Virus record (IMG/VR): IMGVR_UViG_3300009095_001812 | Coordinates: 1-56,989 of that record | Origin: a virus | Lineage: Duplodnaviria > Heunggongvirae > Uroviricota > Caudoviricetes | Reading direction: 5' to 3' (one strand) | DNA length: 56,989 bases | Shown: piece by piece, positions 9,242-19,400 of the stretch | Layout: each line of letters opens with the position of its first letter | Position numbering within the stretch: the stretch's first letter is position 1 | Translations under genes and position numbers: made by a program | The notes under the pieces: generated by a model | Database searches by the model: none | What the model saw: only the letters and a program-made list of their open reading frames with translations | What the model was told of the DNA's origin: nothing

Positions 9242-10127
9242 AGAATATTTACAAACTAAATACAATGAGTTTGGTAATATAAAAAAATTTGCTACCGCTA
9301 TCGGTTATTCTCCTGAAGGCGCTAGAAAATTGTTATTAAAAAATAATATTGAATACAATAAAAAACTCAGATACAATTATAAGAAAAATTCTTTTAGTGT
9401 TGTATCTGAGCATTCGTTTTATTGGGCTGGATTTATTGCAGCTGATGGTAATGTTTCAAATCATGGTGATTTTAGTTTTGGGTTGCAAAAACAAGACGAA
9501 AAATCTGTTTTTAAATTGAGAGAATTTCTTGGATCTAATTGTAAAATTATATACAGAAAAAACTTTACTCAAATTAGATTTAGGGCAAGAGAAATTGTTG
9601 ATGATTTATGCATAAATTTTGGTATAGTTCCAAATAAATCTCTTATATATAAAATACCACAAAATATTATAGATAATGATAACTTTAAGCATTTCATAAG
9701 GGGTTATTTTGATGGTGATGGTTCATTTAGTATAATTAATAACAGATCCAGATGGGGGTTTGCTGGAACCAGATCAACTTGTATGGATATTTCTAGTTAT
9801 TTACATAATAATTTACATTTAAGTTCACAAGGATCTATTGTATGTAGAGGAAATTACTACGTTTTAACGTTTTATAGACAATTTGATGTATATAAGATAT
9901 GTAGTTATTTATATGATAATTCTACGATATGTTTAGATAGGAAGAAAAATATCTGTTTACAATCTAAAAGAACACTAGATGACACTAATATATTTTCAAT
10001 ATCAAAAGATGAGTTGCAATGTCTTTATAACAAATACAAATCTCGTCGGCTAGTTGCAAAAAATATTGGGTGCAGTACTAGTGTTGTTGGTAAATATATT
10101 AATTTATATGATATAAGGATTGTGTGA
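9234..10127 (+). mobile_element. LAGLIDADG homing endonuclease inserted into the metalloprotease gene
   Basis: FYWAGFIAADGNV and HFIRGYFDGDGSF motifs; very AT-rich. ATG 9234 (preferred over 9219) overlaps the end of the upstream ORF and its TGA overlaps the downstream GTG. Confidence 0.88.
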
Positions 10128-10444
10128 AAAATAATAAATTATATGATGATATTTCTCATTATGTGGTACATGAAGTTACTCATTGGTTTCAGCAAACCAC
10201 CGGTAACAAACCTACTCCAGGATCTACATCAGACAGCTATCTCGACAACCCAGTTGAGCAAGAAGGGTTTAGAAATCAAACCAAATATATTGCCGATACT
10301 AAAGGCGAAGAAGAGGCTGAGAAATATATTGAGAAAGTTCTCGATCATCATTCGAACGATGCTAAAGATAAAGACAAGAGAGAGGATAGAAAAGATAAAC
10401 TATTAGCGATAGCTCGTGAGTTCGGTATCGATATAGCTGGATAA
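10124..10444 (+). CDS. C-terminal half of split metalloprotease (HExxH)
   Basis: SHYVVHEVTHWFQQ and downstream YLDNPVEQEGF with a candidate third Zn ligand Glu; own SD (AAGGA) and GTG start. Confidence 0.72.
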   Translation: MKNNKLYDDISHYVVHEVTHWFQQTTGNKPTPGSTSDSYLDNPVEQEGFRNQTKYIADTKGEEEAEKYIEKVLDHHSNDAKDKDKREDRKDKLLAIAREFGIDIAG

Positions 10445-10461
10445 TCTGGCATCTAATCGAT

Positions 10462-12057
10462 ATGGTTTTTTGCAGTCCTCCATTTGAATTAAAATCATTT
10501 GATCGTTCTTTGAGAGGCCTACGTACGGTTGCCTCTCTAGGAGATGGTCAAACTGTGGCTTTGGATTGGCATAAGTCATTTGTCAATCCGCCAAACATGT
10601 GGGATTTGGTTTACAACATCTATTACTCAACAGATAAAAAAGATGTTTTTACTGATGGTGTAAAGTTCGTTGTTACTGATGGAGCTACCACAACAAACAT
10701 CCAAGCAAATTGGAAGCTTGGAGATATTTACTATTTTGCTGTACGAGCTTCTGTTCATGAGGTTGGTACTCTTGATATTGCAGCTCTACCCTATATTAAT
10801 GGTCTTGCTATGTATCCGGAAGCTGGTCTTCGACAGGATATGACAGCAACAGATATGATTGTACCATTAGATGACGCATCTCTTTTCCCACCAACAGGTA
10901 TTGTCCTTATCGGGGCTGAGCCAATCTCTTATTCGTCCGTTGACTTAGTAACAAATGATTTGATTGTTTCACAAAGAGGAGTGTATGGGTATCAGCCAAG
11001 ATTTCATACCGTAGACGGTTATGATGGTTATCATTACTTTGACAATCCATTTGTAACGTTATGGCATGGGTTTGAAGATCAGAACAACGCAGTAGGTCTT
11101 GAAGAAATCAAGTTTGAAAAGGCTTATCCAAGAACTAATACTGATGGTTACCGAGGTCAGAAAGACATCATCACTGGTTCTAAAAATCTAGATGTTGTTG
11201 ATAATGAAAATGCTGGTTTTCCCGCATATGATCAAGCGGGATACGACAGAACACACATGGCTGATTACTTGTCTGGAAAGTGTGTTGGTACGTATTTCGG
11301 TGGAGAGTATGGTTGTGCAGATGGATACGACGGAGAGGGGCCCGTCAGGGGCTTGTCTGTTCAAGACCATCTCAATATGCGTGAAGAGTATTTGCTTGAA
11401 TTGTCTGGTGAGCCGGTGATGCTTTTTAGGAGACAGTGGGAGGGAAAAAACTCTTATCATTATGACTCTTCCAAGGAGAACACCGCTTATCGTGGTCTGG
11501 ATACATACGGAACAAATATTGTTTCAGGGTACGAGCAGTTTTATAACCCTAGACGTTCTGATGGAAAGATTTTTGTTCGATTCGGACCAACAAAAGAAGA
11601 TTACAAGAGAGAGGAGTCGGGCATTGAAAATGTGTTCATTCCAAATTGCTGGACTCTTGTAACCCCATCAGTCAGAGATGGTGATTTTATTATTAGGTTC
11701 AATCAAGATGGAACTGAAGAATGGCGTTATGAGATTATAGATGTTGAGCGTAACAGAACTCTTCTCGAAGAGTCTGGTGCGCAGAAGTTTACGGCTGTTC
11801 GAGTACGCAAGACAGATCCTATTTATCAAGTGCGAGCTTTTAGAGATACAGCTATGTTTCCACAAGAACTTCTTACTGGTGTTGGTTCTGTTCCAGGCCC
11901 AGGAGGAATTCCTCCGCACATGCATAGAATTGTAACATCACCTGGCCAACCAATTTCACAAATGACATCTGTAGTTCAAGGACACAATCATCCAGTTATG
12001 CCAGATGGAACGATAGTTGAAGTATTGGGGCATTCCCACAGCCTAATTATTATCTAA
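10462..12057 (+). CDS. Putative neck/head-closure structural protein with FN3-like N-domain and His-rich C-terminus
   Basis: FN3-like pattern (VALDW..YNIYYS..YYFAVRA), four DGY, head-closure-like segment WTLVTPSVRDGDFII..RYEIIDV, terminal HMH/HNH/HSH motifs. Confidence 0.55.
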   Translation: MVFCSPPFELKSFDRSLRGLRTVASLGDGQTVALDWHKSFVNPPNMWDLVYNIYYSTDKKDVFTDGVKFVVTDGATTTNIQANWKLGDIYYFAVRASVHEVGTLDIAALPYINGLAMYPEAGLRQDMTATDMIVPLDDASLFPPTGIVLIGAEPISYSSVDLVTNDLIVSQRGVYGYQPRFHTVDGYDGYHYFDNPFVTLWHGFEDQNNAVGLEEIKFEKAYPRTNTDGYRGQKDIITGSKNLDVVDNENAGFPAYDQAGYDRTHMADYLSGKCVGTYFGGEYGCADGYDGEGPVRGLSVQDHLNMREEYLLELSGEPVMLFRRQWEGKNSYHYDSSKENTAYRGLDTYGTNIVSGYEQFYNPRRSDGKIFVRFGPTKEDYKREESGIENVFIPNCWTLVTPSVRDGDFIIRFNQDGTEEWRYEIIDVERNRTLLEESGAQKFTAVRVRKTDPIYQVRAFRDTAMFPQELLTGVGSVPGPGGIPPHMHRIVTSPGQPISQMTSVVQGHNHPVMPDGTIVEVLGHSHSLIII

Positions 12058-12082
12058 ACTACGCATAATTTACCATTTGAGT

Positions 12083-13348
12083 ATGTTCTACATATACAAG
12101 ATTACAAACACAAAAAATGGAAAATTTTATATAGGTAAATCTGGAAATTTAGATAAAAGATGGTATCAGCATATTTATGACTCTAAGGTAAAACCAACAT
12201 ATTTTGGTCGTGCAATTTGCAAATACGGCGAAGACGCTTTTGATTTAGAAATAATTGATTCACATGAAGATGAGAGTGTTGCATATTCTCTGGAAACATA
12301 TTGGATAAACAAGCTTAGGTCCAGAGATCCAGATATTGGTTATAATTTGGCCGAAGGTGGTAAGGGTGGTTTTTGTGGTGTTGTTCTAAATGAAGAAACG
12401 CGCAAAAAAATATCTACATTTCACAAAAGTAGACCGCGCAAACCAATGGGAGAAGAAACAAAAAGTAAGATAAAAGAAGCTAGGTCAAAACAAAACAGAA
12501 AAATACTTGATATTGATTTTAAAAATCAGATATTACAAATGTATAGAACTAATAACTATACTAAACAGCAGGTAGCTGATAGGTTTGAAATTGAGTTAAA
12601 AACGGTCAAAAGTGTCATTCGTCAAGGGGTTGGTTTAGATAAATTCGAACCATACAAAATGCCAGAAGAAAGGAAAAAGAAAATCTCTGAAACCAATCTG
12701 GGTAGACAAGTTAGTAATGAGACCCGCAAAAAATTGAGCCTTGCTCTTTCTGGTAGAAAAACAGGATCAATGTCTAAAGAGCACAAAGAAAAAATAAAAA
12801 CATCTCTAAATAATAGATATTCTATTTCAGAAGACCTAAAAAACAATATAATTAAAGATTTTAAAAATCTATTAGTTAGAAAAGAAATTGCTAGAAGAAA
12901 CGAAGTTTCTATTGATTGTGTTGATAAGATTACCAAAGGTATGGTCAGGGATTTTCCAAGGTCTGATCATAAACTTTCTAAAGAACAAAAGTTAAAGATA
13001 TCTAAAGCAAACGCTGGAAGGTGTGTAAGTGAAGAGTCCAGAAAAAAAATTTCAATAGCAAATTCTGGAAATGGTAATGGTATGTTTGGTAGAACGCATT
13101 CAAATGAAGCAAAAATGCAAATGTCTAAAAAACAACGCGAACGGAATAGACCTCCTATTTCTGATGATCAAAAGGAAAAACTCAGTGTTTTATTTAAGGG
13201 AAAGCCAAGACCACCACTTATTTTAGAGCCTATAAAAAATGATGTTCGAAATGATTACTCTTCTGGTAATTTTACAAAGAGGCAATTATCTGAAAAATAT
13301 AATATAAAATATGGTTCAATTGTCAATATCTTACGCAATAAATTATAA
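12083..13348 (+). CDS. GIY-YIG homing endonuclease with NUMOD3-like repeats
   Basis: FYIYKITNTKNGKFYIGKS, RWYQH, GYNLAEGG, repeated S.E.RKK(I/L)S units and NGMFGRTHSNEAK. ATG 12083 or TTG 12077 start. Confidence 0.92.
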   Translation: MFYIYKITNTKNGKFYIGKSGNLDKRWYQHIYDSKVKPTYFGRAICKYGEDAFDLEIIDSHEDESVAYSLETYWINKLRSRDPDIGYNLAEGGKGGFCGVVLNEETRKKISTFHKSRPRKPMGEETKSKIKEARSKQNRKILDIDFKNQILQMYRTNNYTKQQVADRFEIELKTVKSVIRQGVGLDKFEPYKMPEERKKKISETNLGRQVSNETRKKLSLALSGRKTGSMSKEHKEKIKTSLNNRYSISEDLKNNIIKDFKNLLVRKEIARRNEVSIDCVDKITKGMVRDFPRSDHKLSKEQKLKISKANAGRCVSEESRKKISIANSGNGNGMFGRTHSNEAKMQMSKKQRERNRPPISDDQKEKLSVLFKGKPRPPLILEPIKNDVRNDYSSGNFTKRQLSEKYNIKYGSIVNILRNKL

Positions 13349-13372
13349 AGACCAATATTGGAGTATTAAGTT

Positions 13373-16021
13373 ATGGTAAAAACTAGATATGTAGGTTCAA
13401 CCAGAGAAAGAGAGGGTGGATATTCTGCAACACACAAGCGTGACTTCAATGCTCATATTGAGGGTGGAGATTGGTTCCATGGTGCTTCGGATATTCAAAT
13501 GGAACCGTCGATCACATCTGGTTCCGGATCTTTCTTCGGAGCTACCGTTCAAGATACTTTAGAAGCAATTACAAATACATATATATCTGGCGGGCAAGGA
13601 TTTGTTACTATTGGTGATGGATATGATAATTGTGCCCAAGATTTATCATTAGCTTTCACTGGTGCTTTTACAGATCCGAGACTTGCAAACGGTGGTATCA
13701 TTCTTGTCAAAGCTGGAACCTACTGTATTCAAAATACCGTAATCGTACCTACTGGAATTACAGTTATAGGCGAGAAAGCAGGGTCTGTTATTATTGCAGA
13801 AACATCAGAACAGCCAATGTTTAGTATACAATCTGCAACATCTCAGCCTCAGACTGGTACGCCAATGTCCGAAGCGCAAGATAAGAACAACCTAGTTGGT
13901 TTGGTTTTTTATGATAACCTAAACCAATCTACATCAACTCTTATCACAACAGCAATGATTAGATGTAATAGAGGATCTGATCTTAATATAGACGGATGCT
14001 ATTTCATTGGTAAAGCTGTTAATACTACAAATATTACAAATAGAATTGTTGACTATAATACAGGATCAACAACAAAAAGCACAATTCTTACAATGAGAAA
14101 CAGCTATGTTGATAATGTTGCTTCTGTAATTGAGTTTAGTGCACAACTCGGAGCAAAAGACTTCCTTACTGTAGAGAATAATAGGTTCTATACTTACGGT
14201 ACTGGTGTTGGAGCAAGCGCGCTCGATACCTGTGCAATCTCAAGCTCAAACTGTAATATTACAGTTTCCAACAACTATCACCGTGGTGTGTATGCTACAT
14301 GGGGAGCAAAGTACTTCATTCATGTAACGACAGATTTTGTTTCGGATACAGCAACCAGTATTAGTATTTTGGGTAACTCTGGCGGTGTAACTGGAGGAAC
14401 ACCAGTGTTCATTGATAACGACCCAAGTACTTCATCAATTTTTAAATTAAATTCTTGGGGATCTAGTTCTGTTTTAGAAATTAATAGAAAAATAGTAACG
14501 GGAAATTCAAGAGTTGTTCAAAATTCTGATTTTGGAAATATACTTTCTTTTACTGGTTCGAGAATTGTTCTTGATTGTAGAAACATAACTGCATTTGGAT
14601 CTATTGAGTTTGAACTTGATTATTTACCATCAGATGGTGAGGATTTAAATATTTGTATAATAAATCATGAAACAAGAACGCCATCAATATCAAGATTTAT
14701 ATTCAATACATCTAGCAGTTTAAAGGCTAAATTTTTTCCAAACATAACAATTTCAGATTATCACGTTCCAGATCCAAGACCAGGAGCTGTTACAGAGTAT
14801 AAATTTGTATACACATCTGCTGTTGGTGTTTTTACATTAATATCAAAAAATGTTTCTGTTTACTCAACGACATTTACAGGATCTTATGATTTTACAACAC
14901 TGGGGGCAACGGACAATTCTACCACTCAACCTCAAAGGTCTCATTCTGTAATTAAGAGTATTACAACTCCCGGTTTTTCTACGTTTAGGAATTTGATAAA
15001 TGATTTTGCAATATATACAAATCCTGTTTTTGGTAGAAATAATCAATGCTGCTTTGCAATGGGTCCATTGGGTTATCTTTGGTCAGATGATGGTTCTCAA
15101 TGGACAGAGTTATCTGGTGGTTCATCTGCTATAGTTGGTGCCGTAGGAAAGATGGCGGCAGGAGATGAAAGTTTTTACACTCATTTATTTACAATATCAA
15201 CAATATCAACCAGTGCAAGGTATATTAGAGCTTCAAGACCTAATACATATTCACCAACTGGTAGTGCTGCTGGTTCTGTAACACTTACAGGTACAGCTAG
15301 CTCTGTGCTTTATCAAGGTCCAGGATCTGGAAGGTTTATTGTAGGAACATCTTCTGGTATAGATTTAATATCATCACCATATACAGCCGTTTCTTCAAAC
15401 GTACTTGGTGGTGTCGCTATAACCGATTTGGCAAGAGCGCCAAATGGGAAAATCATGGCAGTTTCTTCTGGTGGAAATGTTTATTTATCAGACACAGGAC
15501 TTACATTAACGCCATCCTTTTCTTTGGTTTCTAGTGGAAATGATTTTTCTCACATATCTTATAATAGAGTTTTAAATTTATGGGTTGGAATAGATAGCTC
15601 TAATGTGGTTAGTTATTCTGATGATGATGGAGTAAGCTGGACATCTGTGTTTTCTATTAGTGGCTCTGCCGGATCTGTTAATAGACTTCAAATGGTCGGA
15701 AATGCCACAGTTATTTGCTTGGGGGATGCTGGTTCTGGGTTTGGATCTGTAATGTTTGCGATTGATCCAAGAGACACTGTTGGTTGGACATCAATAAATG
15801 GTGGAGATACTACCGCAGTTTCAGCGGGAACTGGTGGTTTAGGCCCTGAGCCAGGGCTTATCCCAGGTTACTGGGGAATTACTTGGGTTCATGGTAGATT
15901 GGTAGCCACCAGGAAATTTAACACATCAACTAATGGCTTTTCTCAATACGAAGGATGTTCTTTGTCAACATTATCTTCAAAAGAGGTTGGAATCTATTCT
16001 TTATTAGATTTTGATAAATAA
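13373..16021 (+). CDS. Tailspike/fibre-like protein: beta-helix region plus C-terminal Asp-box beta-propeller
   Basis: Head motif HGASDI..GATVQDTLEAI, pectin-lyase-type cap GGIILVKAGTYCI..VPTGITVIGE, Asn-rich rungs, Asp-boxes WSDDGSQW and YSDDDGVSW. Confidence 0.68.
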   Translation: MVKTRYVGSTREREGGYSATHKRDFNAHIEGGDWFHGASDIQMEPSITSGSGSFFGATVQDTLEAITNTYISGGQGFVTIGDGYDNCAQDLSLAFTGAFTDPRLANGGIILVKAGTYCIQNTVIVPTGITVIGEKAGSVIIAETSEQPMFSIQSATSQPQTGTPMSEAQDKNNLVGLVFYDNLNQSTSTLITTAMIRCNRGSDLNIDGCYFIGKAVNTTNITNRIVDYNTGSTTKSTILTMRNSYVDNVASVIEFSAQLGAKDFLTVENNRFYTYGTGVGASALDTCAISSSNCNITVSNNYHRGVYATWGAKYFIHVTTDFVSDTATSISILGNSGGVTGGTPVFIDNDPSTSSIFKLNSWGSSSVLEINRKIVTGNSRVVQNSDFGNILSFTGSRIVLDCRNITAFGSIEFELDYLPSDGEDLNICIINHETRTPSISRFIFNTSSSLKAKFFPNITISDYHVPDPRPGAVTEYKFVYTSAVGVFTLISKNVSVYSTTFTGSYDFTTLGATDNSTTQPQRSHSVIKSITTPGFSTFRNLINDFAIYTNPVFGRNNQCCFAMGPLGYLWSDDGSQWTELSGGSSAIVGAVGKMAAGDESFYTHLFTISTISTSARYIRASRPNTYSPTGSAAGSVTLTGTASSVLYQGPGSGRFIVGTSSGIDLISSPYTAVSSNVLGGVAITDLARAPNGKIMAVSSGGNVYLSDTGLTLTPSFSLVSSGNDFSHISYNRVLNLWVGIDSSNVVSYSDDDGVSWTSVFSISGSAGSVNRLQMVGNATVICLGDAGSGFGSVMFAIDPRDTVGWTSINGGDTTAVSAGTGGLGPEPGLIPGYWGITWVHGRLVATRKFNTSTNGFSQYEGCSLSTLSSKEVGIYSLLDFDK

Positions 16022-16057
16022 ATGTCTCACTGAATAATTACGTATAAGGATGTATTT

Positions 16058-16450
16058 ATGGAAAACGTATTAACAGATTTATTCTCGCTTCAGACTCTTA
16101 TATTTATAGTCATTATTTATTTAGCTACAGCTACTTTTCGTAAGGTTATTGAACAGGGGTTGGCACCAAAGGTTGCTAAGTTCTTTCCAGATAAGTGGGA
16201 ACCTTGGTGGATTGATTTTTGGAGGGAATGGGTACTTCTTTCTGCACCATCTGTAATTGGTGGTTTGATTGCTTTTTTTGTGGATTCTTATCCATATCCC
16301 GAGATATTTGCAGGATCTGTACCCGGAAAAGTTTTCTTTGGAATAGTAGCTGGTCTTGTCTGCAATAACACGTACAAGTTTTTGAAGAAGAAGATACAAC
16401 AGCTTATGCCTCAAAGAGTAAAAGAAGAAGAAGAAAAGCTTACGGAATAA
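16058..16450 (+). CDS. Holin-like small membrane protein
   Basis: 130 aa, three hydrophobic segments and a charged C-terminal tail; no endolysin seen nearby. Confidence 0.5.
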   Translation: MENVLTDLFSLQTLIFIVIIYLATATFRKVIEQGLAPKVAKFFPDKWEPWWIDFWREWVLLSAPSVIGGLIAFFVDSYPYPEIFAGSVPGKVFFGIVAGLVCNNTYKFLKKKIQQLMPQRVKEEEEKLTE

Positions 16451-16466
16451 CTTAAAGTTGGACTAA

Positions 16467-19400
16467 ATGACAATCTATCCTGGCCAAATTGATGATGACA
16501 GAACTATAATTCGCATTGATGATAACCTTTCGGAATTGGGCACTGAAGCTATAAATCAACTCCGAGCGGCCGTCTTTGCTATTGAAAGGACTCTTGGCAT
16601 CAATCCACAGGGTTCAAAGTCAAGCGTCAACGAACGCATCTCTGTTCTTATTTCTTCTGATGGAAATATTAACACCAATGTTCTTCTTGATAATCTTTCA
16701 GCTCTAAAGATTCATGACAATCAGGTTGCCTTTGATGCTGGTATTCAAGAATCTAAATTAGACTTGGCAATTTTTCCACTTACAACAGCAGATTTAAAGT
16801 CCAATATAGACGCATTGGATGCTCTAGTTGATAATACTATTGACTTGGCAACAGTTACCAGCGCGAATCTTCTTATTCATATTTCTGGCGGTCAATATCT
16901 AGCGGACAACGCAACTCCGGCAAGACATGTTGCTTCTCAAATTGATATCAATGCCAATCCAATAGATTCTAGAGATATTGGCTACAATTGGACTGGTCTT
17001 CTTGATGTAAACGGTAATCTAAGATCGGCAACGCAAGTTGCTGAGGCTTTGTTGCAAATCAATGATGAGCTTGTTGCACACGAGACTTCTACTGGTAATG
17101 CTCACGTTGCTGTAGCTATTACATTAGATACAACAAACTTTACAGAGCTTCCCACAACTCTTGCAAATGTTCAAGAAGCTTTCGATTACATCGATGATCA
17201 AGAGACTGTATCTACAGGTCTTGATAGAGCAACGCTGCACTCTAATGGAATTATTCGTGATGTACGGGTAGAAGATCCTCGTATTGGAATTGATGGGTAC
17301 AATATAAATGTTGTACCTCCGACAAAAATTACAGCCTACCTAGCGTATCCTAGTCAAAGCGAACCTGTTGATGACATCAACAATGGCGATGACATAATTA
17401 AGTTTTTCCCATCTGACAATTCTACGTTTGAATTCGATGCACAATTCGCCCGGGTTCGAGTTGGTGATTCTGTAAGAGTTAATTACGGATACGGAATTGA
17501 AACAATCTTCCCTGTAAAATCTATACGTTTCATTCCCGGTGTTGAGTGGGTTATACGTATTAACTCATACAACCTCAGAAATCTTGATGGGTATGATGGG
17601 TATGATGGATACGATGGGTATGCAAGAATTGACAGAGCCCTCTTCGATAGAGATACCTGGGGTGTTCTTGCGGTGGCTGGTGCAGTTCCAAATACACAAC
17701 CAATACCCTCCGTACCATTTACAGAAAGCATAATTGTCGCATCTCCTCGCGGAGGAGCAGCTTTGGGTATAGGGTTTGATCCGGCAAAGCTAGATCAGAA
17801 TCATTACAATTTGTATTTGAGACTTTACCCAAGCGGAGATAAAGATGTATTTACAGATCTTCCTGCAATAGATGTTACGGGTAATACGGGAACTACACCG
17901 GGAGTTTATTCTATAGATTCTGTAGTTGAAGCAACAAACGAACAGTTTAGACAATCAGGATACAACTATAGATTTATTGCTTTCAATTACAAAGGTGAGT
18001 TTGGAGTTATATTATCAGACCATTACAATAATGTTGCGTTCTCAATTATTTCAGGGCAGGTAGATGGAGCATCTATTGTTGAGGGCTCGTTTACAAAGAA
18101 TGTTATTGGTGATGCAACTGATGGTTATGACGCCCTAGGTTTAGGAGCTACTAGAGCTGCATACGCAACACCTGTGCTTGGAGTAGGTGAAACATTTACA
18201 GACGCACAAACAGCCCTAAGTTATAATACTTTGGTAATTCCTTCCGTCACTGGAAGAAACTCTTTGGTTGACGGTGCGAGAAGAGATGATCTTGCTAAAG
18301 CTGGAATGACATATCCGGATGGATATTGGCTTGCTACAATCACAAGTGTAACTCTCAACGTTCCAAATCAAACAAAGACAGTTGCATATACAGTAGAGCT
18401 TGATCTTAAATCTCAGGAATTAAAGGCTGGTAAGACAATTGTTGTTCAACCAACAGATCCTTCAAATTCAAGCATTACAGGATATGGACGTTTCATTATA
18501 GGAAGGGTTGAGTACAGTAATTGTGATTGTGATTCTGTTGTACAAACAACAATCACAGTTATCAATGCTATTCATGGAACCGGCGATCCTCTTGGAGCTA
18601 CCCTTCCTGTCAATACACAAGTAAAGATTTTCTTCTCCGAAGACTCTGTAAGTTTTAGCGATGACAATATTAATGGAGATACCGTTGATGGATCTCCTGC
18701 TTCATTCCATAGATACAATGAAATTTTTGCAACGAACATAAGAGAAACATTCTCCGTTGAGCGTGCAAGAATGCCTAAACAGCAAGACATCGGAGATCTT
18801 CTGTTTACAGATTCTGATTCATGGAGAATCAGAAGAGTATCGCCAAAACTCAAGGGTATTAGAGTTGATGATACTATTAGATATTACAAATCTTTTGTTG
18901 TGTCTGATTACAACGCAACAACAGGTGAGTTTGATGGTTACTTAGGAGATCCTGATGGAACCGGTAATGTTATCAATCCCGGACCAACAACTAGAGGGAA
19001 GAAGAATCATCCAGTTAGATTCTATGATTCTAATCATGTTGACTTTATAGATATTGAGTTCCGTGAGCTTGGTATTGATCCTGGTACTGAAATTACAAAT
19101 GGAGTTGCAAGGCAAGTTACTATTGAAATTTTCGATACTCTAAGAGAACACGATCAGTTCTTTGCTTTAGCTGGCGTTAGTCACAATGACTTGAGCTTCA
19201 GGTCTGTGACAGATCTGCGTGAGTTTGGAACACTCTCTGAAGAGAACTTCACTGAATCTGCAATTAAATTCATTCAGGCTGGAGAGCGAATTCTTCATGC
19301 GAATGGTGTGGTTCGAGGATTTAAATACATAGGGGTTGGAGACACTGGTTCAATTCTACAATTTACAGGTGGTACTGCCCTTGTAAACGGAGCGTTTGTT

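Noticed and set aside
9234-10127. Group I intron or intein housing the LAGLIDADG ORF
   Set aside because: The ORF overlaps both flanking half-genes, leaving no non-coding space for a ribozyme core; it is out of frame with the upstream half and lacks intein termini.
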